From assembly GCA_040905425.1 (NCBI GenBank), contig JBBDRO010000050.1, positions 16,921 through 56,776 on the forward strand: a stretch of DNA of 39,856 nt. Direction: 5' to 3'. Origin of the DNA: Gemmatimonadota bacterium. Its GTDB lineage: Bacteria; Gemmatimonadota; Gemmatimonadetes; Longimicrobiales; RSA9. Position numbers and translations under genes: made by a program. Under the pieces are notes generated by a model that saw only the letters and a program-made list of their open reading frames with translations, made no database searches and was not told the DNA's origin. Numbering within the stretch: the stretch's first letter is position 1; each line of letters opens with the position of its first letter. Below, in pieces: positions 27,981 to 38,273 of this stretch.

Positions 27981-29822
27981 TCACTCGACCGTCACGGACT
28001 TGGCCAGGTTGCGCGGCTGGTCCACGTCACAGCCGCGCATGACCGCGATGTGGTAGGCCAGGAGCTGGAGCGGTACGCTGCACAGGATGGGCGTCAGCAT
28101 GTCCAGCGTGGGCGGCACGGGGATGAGCGTGTCCACCAGGTCGGCCAGGTCCCCGTTCTGCCCCTCCGTGGTGACGGCAATGACGCGGCCGCCGCGCGCG
28201 CGCACCTCCTGGATGTTCGACAGTACCTTACTGTAGATGGCGTCCTGCGGGGCCACCACCACCACCGGCATGTTCGCGTCGATGAGGGCAATGGGACCGT
28301 GCTTCATCTCCGCCGCGGGCAGCCCCTCGGCGTGGATGTAGCTGATCTCCTTCAGCTTGAGCGCGCCCTCGAGCGCCGTGGGGAAGTTGAAGCCGCGGCC
28401 CAGGTAGAGGGCGTTGGTGGCGTCCTTGTAGGTGCGCGCCAGGTTGCGCACCATGGGGTCCAGCTCGAGCACGCGAGCCACCTTCTCGGGCAGCGCCAGC
28501 ATCTCGTCGATCATGGGGCCGCCGTCCTCCGCGGAGACGCGCCCCTTCATGCGCGCCATGCGCAGCGCGAACATGATGAGCGCCATGACCTGCGCGGTGA
28601 AGGCCTTGGTGGAGGCCACGCCGATTTCCGGGCCGGCGTGCAGGTAGACGCCGCCGTCCGCCTCCCGGGCAATGGTGGAGCCCACCACGTTCACGATGCC
28701 CAGCACGGAGGCGCCGCGCAGCTTGGCCTCGCGCATGGCGGCCAGCGTGTCCGCCGTCTCGCCCGACTGGCTGATGACCAGCATGAGCGTCTTGCGATTC
28801 ACGATGGGCTTGCGATAGCGGAACTCGGAGGCGTACTCCACGTCCACGGGGATGCCGGCCAGCTCCTCGATCACGTACTCGCCGATGAGCGCCGAGTGCC
28901 AGGAGGTGCCGCACGCGCAGATGATGATGCGGTCGAAGGCCAGCAGCTCCTCATCCGTGAGGTTCAGGCCGCCGAACTTCACCGTGCCGTCCTCGCGCAG
29001 TAGCCGCCCGCGCATGACGTTGGCCAGGCTCTCCGGCTGCTCGAAGATCTCCTTCAGCATGAAGTGGTCGTGGCCGCCCTTCTCGATGGCGTCCAGATCC
29101 CAGGACACGCGTTTGATGTCCTTGTCCAGCTCCTCCCCGGTGAAGGAGAGGGTGCGATAGCCGCCCCGGCCGAGCACGGCCATCTCGCCGTCATCCAGGT
29201 AGATGACCTGGCGCGTGTGGGCCAGGATGGCGGCCACGTCACTGGCCACGAAGAGCTCTCCCTCGTCGCCGATGCCGAGTAATAGCGGGCTGCCGCGGCG
29301 CGCCACCACGATCTTGTCGGGGTCACGCACGCTCTGGATGGCCAGCCCGTAGGCGCCCTCCACCTGCTGCAGGGCGTCGCGCACGGCGTCCTCCAGCGGG
29401 TCCCCGTCCTGCCACACCTCCTCGATGAGGTGGACCACCACCTCGGTGTCCGTCTCGCTGGTGAAGGTGTGGCCCAGCTGGATGAGCTTCTTCCGCAGCG
29501 TGCTGGCGTTCTCGATGATGCCGTTGTGCACCAGGACAATGTCACTGTCCTCAGTGGCGTGCGGGTGCGCGTTGGGCTCGGTGGGCGCACCGTGTGTGGC
29601 CCAGCGCGTGTGCGCAATGCCCACCGTGCCGCGCGGGGCATGGTCCCCCATCTGCTTCTCCAGCTCCACGATCTTGCCCACGGCGCGGCGCACGTCCAGC
29701 TTGCCGTCCACCTGGATGCTGACGCCCGCCGAGTCGTAGCCGCGATACTCCAGGCGCTTGAGACCCTGGATGAGCAGCGGCACGGCGTCCCGGTTGCCGA
29801 TGTATCCCACGATACCACACAT
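27981..29822 (-). CDS. glmS: Glutamine--fructose-6-phosphate transaminase (isomerizing)
   Basis: MCGIVG, EYRGYDSAG, HTRWATHG, SQSGETADT, GVASTKAFT and PRNLAKSVTVE motifs. Confidence 0.99.
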   Translation of the reverse strand: MCGIVGYIGNRDAVPLLIQGLKRLEYRGYDSAGVSIQVDGKLDVRRAVGKIVELEKQMGDHAPRGTVGIAHTRWATHGAPTEPNAHPHATEDSDIVLVHNGIIENASTLRKKLIQLGHTFTSETDTEVVVHLIEEVWQDGDPLEDAVRDALQQVEGAYGLAIQSVRDPDKIVVARRGSPLLLGIGDEGELFVASDVAAILAHTRQVIYLDDGEMAVLGRGGYRTLSFTGEELDKDIKRVSWDLDAIEKGGHDHFMLKEIFEQPESLANVMRGRLLREDGTVKFGGLNLTDEELLAFDRIIICACGTSWHSALIGEYVIEELAGIPVDVEYASEFRYRKPIVNRKTLMLVISQSGETADTLAAMREAKLRGASVLGIVNVVGSTIAREADGGVYLHAGPEIGVASTKAFTAQVMALIMFALRMARMKGRVSAEDGGPMIDEMLALPEKVARVLELDPMVRNLARTYKDATNALYLGRGFNFPTALEGALKLKEISYIHAEGLPAAEMKHGPIALIDANMPVVVVAPQDAIYSKVLSNIQEVRARGGRVIAVTTEGQNGDLADLVDTLIPVPPTLDMLTPILCSVPLQLLAYHIAVMRGCDVDQPRNLAKSVTVE

Positions 29823-29843
29823 ATATGTTCTCTCCCCCGCGCC

Positions 29844-31244
29844 TCAGCCCCTGAGGGCCGCGCGCGCGTCCTCCACCAGGTTCCGGGCCCCGCTCTCCGA
29901 CGGGGCTTCGGCGATGATGCGCAGGATGGGCTCCGTGCCGGAGGGGCGCAGATGCAGCCAGCGCGCCTCGGCGGGCCAGGCCAGTCGGAGACCGTCCTGC
30001 CGGTCCGCCTCGGGTGCGTCCATGGAGCTCTCCAGGCGGTCGTAGGCCGCCGCCAGCTCCCCCGCGTCCCGCGGCAGCTTGTCCTTCACGATCACGTACG
30101 GGCGGTGCGCGGCCACCAGTTCCGAGAGCGGCGCGTCCGACTCGGCCAGGAGCTGCACGATGAGGGCGGCGGCCACCGCCGCGTCCCGCGTGAGCTGGAC
30201 GTCGGGCAGGATCACGCCGCCATTGCCCTCACCGCCGATGACCGCCCCCGCCTTCTGCATGGCGCGCGCCACGTTGATCTCGCCCACGGGCGCCCGCTCG
30301 AAGGGTACCCCGGCCGCCGCCGCCACGTCCTCCACCACGCGGCTCGTGGAGAGGTTGGTCACCACCGGGCCGGGGGTGCGGCGGAGCACCAGCTCGGCGG
30401 CCAGCGCCAGCGTGAAATCCTCCCCGATGGCGCGCCCCTCGTTGCTCACCAGGGAGAGGCGGTCCGCGTCCGGGTCGGTGGCCAGGCCCACGTCCGCCCC
30501 CACCTCCTTCACCAGCGCCTCCAGCTCACCCAGGTTGGCGGCCACGGGCTCCGGCTCCCGATGGAAGCGCCCGTCCGGCTCGGCGTGGATGGCGTGCACC
30601 TCGCACCCCAGCTCCTCCAGCAGCCGCGGCAGCAGCACGGAGCCCGCCCCGCGGATGCAGTCCAGCGCCACCCTGAGGCGCCGGGCACGCAGCCGCTCGC
30701 GGTCCAGCTGCGGCAGCGCGAGCACCGCCTGCAGGTGGCGCTCCACCGCCCCGTCATCGGCAGCGACGTCCCCGAGCGCGTCCCATGCCGCCCGCGGGAT
30801 CTCCCGCTCACTCACGTACGCGCGCATCCTGGGCGCCTGCTCGGCGTCCAGGAACATCCCCTCGCCGGAGGCCAGCTTGAGCGCGTTCCACTCCACCGGA
30901 TTGTGGCTGGCCGTGACGATGATGGCGCCCGCGGCGCCGTGGTGGCGCACGGCCAGCAGCGCGGTGGGCGTGGGACAGAGACCGGCGTCCAGCACGTGGC
31001 AGCCGGTGGACTGCAGCGCCGCGGTGACCGCCCGCACCAGCATGGGCCCCGAGGGGCGGCTGTCGCGCGCCAGGATGACGGTGGGGTCCGGGCGGCCGCT
31101 GCTCTCGCGCGCCCAGGCGCCGAACGCCGCCGCGAAGCGCGCCACCACCTCCGGGGTGAGCCCCTGGCCCACGCGCCCGCGTACGCCGGACACGCTCACC
31201 ATCAGATCATCGGGCACCGGGAAGGGCGGCAGCGGAGACGTCAA
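29844..31244 (-). CDS. glmM: Phosphoglucosamine mutase / alpha-D-phosphohexomutase
   Basis: SVSGVRG, TASHNP, DPDADR, GGEGNGG and RPSGTEP motifs; immediately upstream of glmS. Confidence 0.85.
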   Translation of the reverse strand: MTSPLPPFPVPDDLMVSVSGVRGRVGQGLTPEVVARFAAAFGAWARESSGRPDPTVILARDSRPSGPMLVRAVTAALQSTGCHVLDAGLCPTPTALLAVRHHGAAGAIIVTASHNPVEWNALKLASGEGMFLDAEQAPRMRAYVSEREIPRAAWDALGDVAADDGAVERHLQAVLALPQLDRERLRARRLRVALDCIRGAGSVLLPRLLEELGCEVHAIHAEPDGRFHREPEPVAANLGELEALVKEVGADVGLATDPDADRLSLVSNEGRAIGEDFTLALAAELVLRRTPGPVVTNLSTSRVVEDVAAAAGVPFERAPVGEINVARAMQKAGAVIGGEGNGGVILPDVQLTRDAAVAAALIVQLLAESDAPLSELVAAHRPYVIVKDKLPRDAGELAAAYDRLESSMDAPEADRQDGLRLAWPAEARWLHLRPSGTEPILRIIAEAPSESGARNLVEDARAALRG

Positions 31245-31374
31245 GACTGTCCTCGGAAGCGGGGAACGTGGGCGGCCTGGTGCCGCCTGCCAAGGCGGGC
31301 CGCGGGCGGGGCCCTGCGGCGGCCTCGCCGGCGGCCCGGCTGGCGCCCATATTCGCCGCCGGGAACGGCAAATG

Positions 31375-33381
31375 TCAACCCGGGTCGGCCAGGGCGCTCA
31401 CCCGGGCCAGATACTCCTGCATGAGGAACGGCTTGTGGAGGAGCGCCTGCGGCCGGCGCGCCGCCAGCGCCGCCACCTCGGCATCGCCGATGTCACCGGT
31501 CACGAATAGAAAGCGCTCCGCCAGCTCGGGCCGCTCCCGCTGCACCCAGCGGTAAAGCTCCACGCCGGATTCCCCCGGCATCTTCACGTCGGAGACCACC
31601 ACGTCCACGGTCTGGCGCTCCATGACGGTCCGCGCTTCGGCGGCGGACGCCGCCACGCTGACCTCCGCGTTCAGGCGGCGGAGAAAACGGCGCTGCAGCT
31701 CACGGATGGGGGCTTCGTCCTCCACCACCAGCACACGCAGGGGGCGCCCTCCCGCCGGGTCCGCCGTGCGCTCCTCGGCTGCAGAGGCGCTGGGGGGCGC
31801 CTCTTCCTCAGCCTGGCCGGGCGGCGGATCCAGCGGCACGGAGTCCGGAAAGCAGAGCACCACGCACGCGCCGCCATCCGGTTGGTTCGACGCCCGGGCC
31901 GTGCCGCCGAACTCCTCCATGAAGCGGTGCACCAGCGAGAGGCCCAGCCCCGTCCCCTGCCCCGGCGCCTTGGTGGTGTAGAACGGCTCGAAGGCGCGCG
32001 CCGGATCACCGAACCCCGGGCCGTTGTCCGCGAACGCCACCTCCACCCGCCCCTCGGCCGACCGCCCGGTGATGCGCAGCGTGCCGGCGCCGCCCGGCGC
32101 CATGGCGTCATAGGCGTTGTTGACCAGGTTCAGGAAGGCCTGCTGGATGCGCTGCGGCTCACCCACCACGGACAGCCCCGGGACGTCCACCTGGAGGTCC
32201 AGCCCCGCCTGCTGGAAGCTGAAGCGACGCAGGGCGGCCGTCTGCTCCAGCACCTGGTCGAGCGGCACCCGCGAGAGGCGATCCTCCGATTTCCGAGCCA
32301 GGCCCAGCAGATGCCGGGTCAGGGAGCGGGCCCGCCTGGCCTCCGCCACCAGGGGCTCCACGTACTCCTCCCGCAGTTCCTCCGCCCCGGGCGGCTCCCC
32401 TTCCTCTGCCAGACGCTTCCGCAGGAGCTCGCCATAGCCCAGCACGCTGGCCAGCGGATTGTTCAACTCGTGCGCCAGCCCCGCCATCATGCGCCCCACG
32501 GCGGTGAGCTTCTCCGTCTGCACCATCTCGTCCTGGGTGGCTTCCAGCTCGTGCAGCGCCGCCGCCAGCTCCTCGTTACGGGTGCGCAGATCCTGGCGGG
32601 CGCGGTCCAGGCGGTCCGCCATACGGTTGAAACTCCTGGCGGCGGCGCCCACCTCGTCACGGCGCGCCACAGCCACACGAACCCCGGGCTCGCCGCGGCC
32701 CACGCGCCCCGCCGCATCCGCCAGCTCCAGCAGCGGCCGCGTCAGCCGCCGCTCCAGGAAGGGGACCAGGAGGAGGGGTCCCGCCAGCGCCAGCAGGCCG
32801 AAGGCCAGGGCGGCCAGGCGGAGCGACGCGAACGCATCCGCCTGCCGCTCCTGGAGCGCTTCGAGGTCGGCTTCGCGCAGCGCCAGGAACTCATCCAGGG
32901 TGCTCTGCAGCTGGAGGGCGTAGGTGAGCGCCTCAGCGGACGCCGCGCGGGCGTCCGCCAGGCTGCCGCTTTCCTGCAGCGTGAACGCTTCGGCCGCCGC
33001 CACCTCCAGCTGCTGGTGCTGCTCACGCACGGCCTCGAGACGGCGGCGCTGCTCCCCGCTGAGCGGCCTGAAGAGATAGCGGCGGATCTGCTCGTAGACC
33101 TGGTCCCCGGCCGTGCGAAACTGGTCGACCACCTGCGCGTCCCGGGGCGCCGCCGCAAAACCAGCCGCCACGAGTTGGAGGGAGGAGGCGCGCAGCAGCC
33201 GGTCGGCGATCCGCTGCTCCTCGATGAACGCGTCCGTGGCGGTGGTCAGCGTGACACGCATCCGGGCCTGGGCCTGCAGCAGGACACTCATGGACAGGAG
33301 CAGCAGGACTACCGAGACCGAGGCGCCGAGCAGCACGGTGCGGCGCAGCGAGCCGCGCGGCGGCAGCGTGGGACGCGTCAC
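31375..33381 (-). CDS. Hybrid sensor histidine kinase / response regulator (TM, helical sensor, HAMP, HisKA, HATPase, REC)
   Basis: AHELNNPL, NLVNNA, DNGPG, FEPFYTTK, GTGLGL, VVEDE, SDVKMPG and LHKPF motifs. Confidence 0.95.
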   Translation of the reverse strand: MTRPTLPPRGSLRRTVLLGASVSVVLLLLSMSVLLQAQARMRVTLTTATDAFIEEQRIADRLLRASSLQLVAAGFAAAPRDAQVVDQFRTAGDQVYEQIRRYLFRPLSGEQRRRLEAVREQHQQLEVAAAEAFTLQESGSLADARAASAEALTYALQLQSTLDEFLALREADLEALQERQADAFASLRLAALAFGLLALAGPLLLVPFLERRLTRPLLELADAAGRVGRGEPGVRVAVARRDEVGAAARSFNRMADRLDRARQDLRTRNEELAAALHELEATQDEMVQTEKLTAVGRMMAGLAHELNNPLASVLGYGELLRKRLAEEGEPPGAEELREEYVEPLVAEARRARSLTRHLLGLARKSEDRLSRVPLDQVLEQTAALRRFSFQQAGLDLQVDVPGLSVVGEPQRIQQAFLNLVNNAYDAMAPGGAGTLRITGRSAEGRVEVAFADNGPGFGDPARAFEPFYTTKAPGQGTGLGLSLVHRFMEEFGGTARASNQPDGGACVVLCFPDSVPLDPPPGQAEEEAPPSASAAEERTADPAGGRPLRVLVVEDEAPIRELQRRFLRRLNAEVSVAASAAEARTVMERQTVDVVVSDVKMPGESGVELYRWVQRERPELAERFLFVTGDIGDAEVAALAARRPQALLHKPFLMQEYLARVSALADPG

Positions 33382-34508
33382 GGCCGTGGTTCGGGGATCC
33401 GGGCCAGCACGTAGTCGCGGGCCACGTCCCCGTTATCATCGAACGCCACGGGGCCGGTGATGCCGTCGAAAGGCGGACGCCCCCGTCCCAGCTCGCTCAG
33501 CCAGGCGCGTATGGCCTCGCCGCTCCGGGCCCCGTCGGCAATGGCCTGCAGGAGCACTGTGGTGGCGTCGTAGGTGAGAGCTTCGGGGCTGGTGGGCGGG
33601 CGTCCCGCCTGCTCGGCGAAGCGCTGGCTGAAGTCGGCCAGGCGGCCGCCTCCGTCCATGTCCACAAGCGCCACGAAGCGCACGTGGCGCCAGATCTCCT
33701 GCCAGGGCCGCGCCAGAGCGCCCTCGACGCCGTCACTACCCAGCACAGGCACCGGACCGAGTTCGGCGTGGACCGCCGGCAGGACCATGGCCAGAACCGT
33801 GGAACGCCCCAGCCAGAGGATCACGTCGGGCCTGGCCTCCACGAGGGCCGCTCGCAACCGGAAGAGCGCCGCGGAATCGGGCAACTCCACATGGGGAAAG
33901 TCCAGGACGGGCGCGGCATCCCCCGGCTCGAGCGCCTCCAGGAAAGCACTTCGCAGCCCGCGGCCGTAGTCATCGTTCACGTACACCATGGCCACCCGCG
34001 CATCGGGGTGCTCGCGGCGCAGTTGCTCGGCCAGGAAAGCGCCCTGTTGCTCGTCCGACTGGACCATGCGGAAGCTGTAGGGGCCCGCCTGGGAATACAG
34101 GGGCGCGGTGGAATGAGGCGCCAGCTGGACGATGGCGTTGTCGTTGTAGATCTGCGCGGCCGTGATGCTGGCCGCGCTGTTGGAGTGGCCCACGAGCGCC
34201 ACCAGGCCGGCCGTGGCCACGAAGCGCTCGGCCGCTTCCAGCGCGGGTGCGGCCAGGTTGTTGGCCGCCAGGATGAACAGGGTGTCCACGCCGGAGAGGC
34301 CGGCGGCGGCGGCGTCGGCAAAGGCCATACGGGCCGCCCGGGACTCTCCCCCCATGGCCACGCCCACCACCACCGGTTCGCGCTCACCGCACCCCATCCC
34401 GGCCACCACAGCGAGCAGCGCGCCGACCACGGGCCATCGGGACCAGCAGGGACTGGTTCGCGGCGTCACGCGAAGATCCAAGGCTACCCGCCATTCAGTG
34501 GGGAACAA
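33378..34508 (-). CDS. LivJ-like (branched-chain amino acid class) periplasmic binding lipoprotein
   Basis: Lipobox-like AGMGC; VGHSNS, YSFRM, NDDYGRGL, YDA and FDGITGPVAFDDNGD motifs; start codon uncertain. Confidence 0.88.
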   Translation of the reverse strand: MFPTEWRVALDLRVTPRTSPCWSRWPVVGALLAVVAGMGCGEREPVVVGVAMGGESRAARMAFADAAAAGLSGVDTLFILAANNLAAPALEAAERFVATAGLVALVGHSNSAASITAAQIYNDNAIVQLAPHSTAPLYSQAGPYSFRMVQSDEQQGAFLAEQLRREHPDARVAMVYVNDDYGRGLRSAFLEALEPGDAAPVLDFPHVELPDSAALFRLRAALVEARPDVILWLGRSTVLAMVLPAVHAELGPVPVLGSDGVEGALARPWQEIWRHVRFVALVDMDGGGRLADFSQRFAEQAGRPPTSPEALTYDATTVLLQAIADGARSGEAIRAWLSELGRGRPPFDGITGPVAFDDNGDVARDYVLARIPEPRP

Positions 34509-34548
34509 AGCGCTACTCCAATCTACACTGGCACCGCGCTGGACGGCA

Positions 34549-35388
34549 CTACGGCAGGTCCCGGCCGAGCAGCGCCACCAGCGCGTCGGGCGCGTCCGCG
34601 TTCAGCCAGTGGCCGCCCTCCACGCTGTGCAGCCGGGCCCCCTGCGCCGCCGCCACGCGCGCCGCAGCTTCGTCCGTCAGGACGCTCGAGCGCGTGGCCC
34701 GGAGCATGTGGACCTCCACGCCCGCGGGTGGGGACTCCAGCACCTGCCAGAGATCCGTGCGGAAGAAGTCCCGCATGAGCGCCTCGATGGCCTCCACGTC
34801 GAAGCGCCAGCGCAGGATCCCCTCCGCCTCCCGCTCCAGGTTGGTGGCCATCCACTGCGCCACGGGCCGCTCCACGCCCCGCCCGGTGAGGGCGTCCACC
34901 AGCTCCTGCCGGCTGGTGAAGGCAGCGGGCAGCTCCCGCACGACGCGGAGCATGGCCCAGGCGCTGCCCGCCGGCTCGCGGGCATCCGGCGTGGAGTCCG
35001 CCACCCAGAGCTGGCGGAGCCCCGCGGGCGCCCGTCCGGCGTACGCCAGCGCCACCTTGCCGCCGAAGGAGTGGCCCAGCACCGCCGCCGCCGGCCCGGG
35101 CAGCGTTGCCGCCAGCGGCACCAGATCGGCCGCCGCGGCCGCGATGGTGTGCGGCGGCGGAAAGCCCTGCGAGTCCCCGTGCTGGCGCAGGTCCACCAGC
35201 ACCGCCCCCCAGTCGGGACGCGCGCGCACCACCCCACGCGCCACGGTAGCCCAGTTGCGGCCGGTGCCGAAGATGCCCGGCAGGACCAGGAGCCAGCGCT
35301 CGGGCTCGGCACCGTCGGCCGTAAGCTTCTCGTGGGCCAGTATGGGTGGCGGCATGGCGCTCCGGTCCGGGTTCATCGACAGGCCCAA
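34549..35388 (-). CDS. Alpha/beta fold hydrolase (YbfF-like esterase)
   Basis: GIFGTGRNW, VDLRQHGDS, GHSFGGK nucleophile elbow and GHWLNAD motifs; start may be a later ATG. Confidence 0.9.
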   Translation of the reverse strand: MGLSMNPDRSAMPPPILAHEKLTADGAEPERWLLVLPGIFGTGRNWATVARGVVRARPDWGAVLVDLRQHGDSQGFPPPHTIAAAAADLVPLAATLPGPAAAVLGHSFGGKVALAYAGRAPAGLRQLWVADSTPDAREPAGSAWAMLRVVRELPAAFTSRQELVDALTGRGVERPVAQWMATNLEREAEGILRWRFDVEAIEALMRDFFRTDLWQVLESPPAGVEVHMLRATRSSVLTDEAAARVAAAQGARLHSVEGGHWLNADAPDALVALLGRDLP

Positions 35389-35476
35389 CGGTCGGCCGAC
35401 TGGTGGCGCACCGCAAGGCTCCGGCCATATCTTCGCCCCTGTCCGCGCCGTCCGCCCTCACGTCCGAAGACGCCTC

Positions 35477-36631
35477 ATGAGCCACGCGCAGCGCTTTGCC
35501 ACGAAGACCATCCACGCCGGCCAGGAGCCCGAGCCCACCACCGGCGCCATCATGCCGCCCGTCTTCCAGACCTCCACCTACGTGCAACCCGAACTGGGCC
35601 ACCCCAAGGCCGGTTACGAATACGCGCGCGTGCAGAATCCCACGCGCGAGGCGCTCGAGCGCAACGTGGCGGCGCTGGAGAGCGGCACGCACGGCGCCGC
35701 CTTCGCCAGCGGGCTGGCCGCCATCGAGGCGGTCGTGAAGCGCCTCTCCGCGGGCGACCACGTGGTCTACGAGGAGAACGTCTACGGCGGCACCCATCGC
35801 ATGTTCCAGATGGTGCTGGCCCGCCTGGGGCTGGAGTTCACGCCGGTGGACGGCCGCGACCTGGACAGGGTCCGCGACGCTCTCCGCCCCAACACCCGGC
35901 TGCTCCACCTCGAGACGCCCACCAACCCCATGATGCGCCTGTCGGACCTGCGCGCGCTGGTGGAACTGGCCAACGAGCGTGACGTCCAGGTGTGCGTGGA
36001 CAACACCTTCGCCTCGCCGTATAACCAGCGGCCGCTGGAGCTGGGCGCGCACATCGTGGTGCACTCCAGCACCAAGTACCTGAACGGCCACTCGGACGTG
36101 GTGGGCGGCATCGTGGTCACCTCCGATGACGGCATCGCAGAGGAGCTCCGCTTCCTGCAGAAGGCCGCCGGCGCCGTGCCGGGCCCGTGGGACTCCTGGC
36201 TCGTGCTGCGCGGCACCAAGACGCTGGCCGTGCGTATGGAGCGCCACAACCGGAACGGCCAGCGCGTGGCCGAGTGGCTGGCCAAGCATTCCGCGCTGGA
36301 GGCGGTCCACTATCCCGGCCTACCCTCCCATCCCCAGCACGACCTGGCCACGCGCCAGATGAGCGGCTTCACGGGGATGATCAGCATGGAACTGGGCTCG
36401 CCGGAGCGCGCCAAGCGAGTGGTCGAGGCCACGCGCGTCTTCAGTCTGGCCGAATCGCTCGGCGGCGTGGAGAGCCTGATCGGCCTGCCCGCCATCCAGA
36501 CGCACGCCTCGGTGCCCCGGGACATGCGGGAGGCCATGGGCGTCACGGAGGGGCTGGTCCGCCTCTCGGTGGGCATCGAGGACGTGGAGGATCTGCTCGA
36601 GGATCTGGACCAGGCACTGGCACAGGCGTAA
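35477..36631 (+). CDS. Cystathionine gamma-synthase / gamma-lyase (Cys/Met metabolism PLP enzyme)
   Basis: FQTSTY, YARVQNPTR, ETPTNP, DNTFASP, HSSTKYLNGHSD, LAESLGGVESL and RLSVGIE motifs. Confidence 0.93.
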   Translation: MSHAQRFATKTIHAGQEPEPTTGAIMPPVFQTSTYVQPELGHPKAGYEYARVQNPTREALERNVAALESGTHGAAFASGLAAIEAVVKRLSAGDHVVYEENVYGGTHRMFQMVLARLGLEFTPVDGRDLDRVRDALRPNTRLLHLETPTNPMMRLSDLRALVELANERDVQVCVDNTFASPYNQRPLELGAHIVVHSSTKYLNGHSDVVGGIVVTSDDGIAEELRFLQKAAGAVPGPWDSWLVLRGTKTLAVRMERHNRNGQRVAEWLAKHSALEAVHYPGLPSHPQHDLATRQMSGFTGMISMELGSPERAKRVVEATRVFSLAESLGGVESLIGLPAIQTHASVPRDMREAMGVTEGLVRLSVGIEDVEDLLEDLDQALAQA

Positions 36632-36637
36632 GCGACG

Positions 36638-38245
36638 ATGCCCGTCACCTTCCGGAGGCCACGCATGCTGCGCCGCATCTGCTTCCTTCTCCTCACCGCC
36701 GCGCTCGGCGGCTGCGCCGCCGGCGACGCCGGTCCCTGGGACCTGCTCGTCACGGGCGCCACCGTGCTCGACGGCACCGGCGCGCCCGGCTTCGCCGCCG
36801 ACGTGGCGGTGCTGGACGGCCGCATCGCGGCGGTCTCGACCACACCGCTGCCGCAGAACGCCGCCACCCGCGTGATCGAGGCGGACGGCCTGGTGCTGGC
36901 GCCCGGCTTCGTGGACCTGCACGCCCACCTGGACCCGCTGCTCGAGCTGCCCGGCGCGGAGAGCCACGTGCGCCAGGGCGTGACGCTGGCCCTGGGCGGC
37001 CCCGACGGCGGCGGCCCGCTGCCGCTCGGCGCGTACCTGGACTCCGCCGCCGCCCTCGGCGTGGGGCTGAACGTGGCCCACCTGGTGGGGCACAACAGCG
37101 TGCGCCGGGAGGTCATGGGTTCCGCGGACCGCGCGCCCACCGCGGACGAACTGGAGCGCATGAAAGCACTCGTGGCCGAAGCCATGGCGGACGGCGCCTT
37201 CGGCATCTCCACGGGGCTCCGCTACACCCCCGGCTTCTATGCCGACCTGGACGAGGTGGTGGCGCTGTCCGCCGTGGCCGCGGAGCACGGCGGCATCTAC
37301 ACCTCGCACCTGCGCGACGAGGGGCTGGACCTGATTGCCGGTGTGGCCGAGGCGCTCGAGATCGGCCGCCTGGCCGATATCCCCGTGGTGCTCACGCACC
37401 ACAAGGTGGTGGGCGCGCCCATGTGGGGGAGTAGCGCGCGGACGCTGGCCATGATCGACTCCGCGCGCGCCGCGGGCACCGACGCCATGGTGGACCAGTA
37501 CCCCTACACCGCCACCTACACCGGCATCGACATCCTCGTCCCGCCCTGGGCGCTGGCCGGGGGCACGCGCGCCTTCCTCGAGCGCGTGGACGATCCGGTG
37601 CTCGGTGACAGCGTGCGCGCCGGCATCGTGTGGAACATCGTGAATGACCGCGGCGGCAATGACCTGCGCCGCGTGCAGCTGGCGCGCGTGGACTGGGACC
37701 GCTCGCTGGAGGGCGGCACGCTGCACGACTGGGCCGAGCGGGAGGGGCTGCCCTCCACCCCCGAGACCGGCGCCGAGCTGGTCATCCGCGCCATCCGCGA
37801 GGGCGGCGCGCGGGCCATCTACCACGTGCTGGATGAGGGGGACGTGGAGCGCATCATGGCGCACCCGTGGAGCGCCATTGCCTCCGACGGCCGGCTCGTG
37901 CGCCCCGGGCAGGGCCACCCGCATCCGCGCTGGTACGGCACCTTCCCGCGCGTGCTCGGCCACTACGTGCGGGAGCGCGGCGTGCTGAGCCTGGAGGAGG
38001 CGGTGCGCAAGATGACCACCCTGCCCGCCGACCGCCTGGGCCTCACCGACCGCGGCCGCATTGCTGAGGGTGCCGCCGCCGACCTGGTGCTCTTCGACCC
38101 GGCCACCGTCATCGACCGCGCCACCTTCGAGGACCCGCACCAGTACCCGGATGGCATCCCCTACGTGATCGTGAACGGTGTGGTCACGGTGGACAATGGC
38201 CGCTTCATCGACGCGCGGGCCGGGCAGGTGATCCGGCGCCGGTGA
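36638..38245 (+). CDS. D-aminoacylase (N-acyl-D-amino-acid deacylase), probably a lipoprotein
   Basis: APGFVDLHAH, STGLRYTPG, SHLRDE, DQYPY, HPRWYGTFPRVLG and EEAVRKMT motifs; LGGC lipobox; start may be MLRRIC. Confidence 0.92.
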   Translation: MPVTFRRPRMLRRICFLLLTAALGGCAAGDAGPWDLLVTGATVLDGTGAPGFAADVAVLDGRIAAVSTTPLPQNAATRVIEADGLVLAPGFVDLHAHLDPLLELPGAESHVRQGVTLALGGPDGGGPLPLGAYLDSAAALGVGLNVAHLVGHNSVRREVMGSADRAPTADELERMKALVAEAMADGAFGISTGLRYTPGFYADLDEVVALSAVAAEHGGIYTSHLRDEGLDLIAGVAEALEIGRLADIPVVLTHHKVVGAPMWGSSARTLAMIDSARAAGTDAMVDQYPYTATYTGIDILVPPWALAGGTRAFLERVDDPVLGDSVRAGIVWNIVNDRGGNDLRRVQLARVDWDRSLEGGTLHDWAEREGLPSTPETGAELVIRAIREGGARAIYHVLDEGDVERIMAHPWSAIASDGRLVRPGQGHPHPRWYGTFPRVLGHYVRERGVLSLEEAVRKMTTLPADRLGLTDRGRIAEGAAADLVLFDPATVIDRATFEDPHQYPDGIPYVIVNGVVTVDNGRFIDARAGQVIRRR

Positions 38246-38273
38246 GCGCCACCCCCTTTCACGGAGCAGCCGC

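Noticed and set aside
29823..29843. glmS ribozyme upstream of glmS
   Set aside because: Only 21 nt separate glmM and glmS
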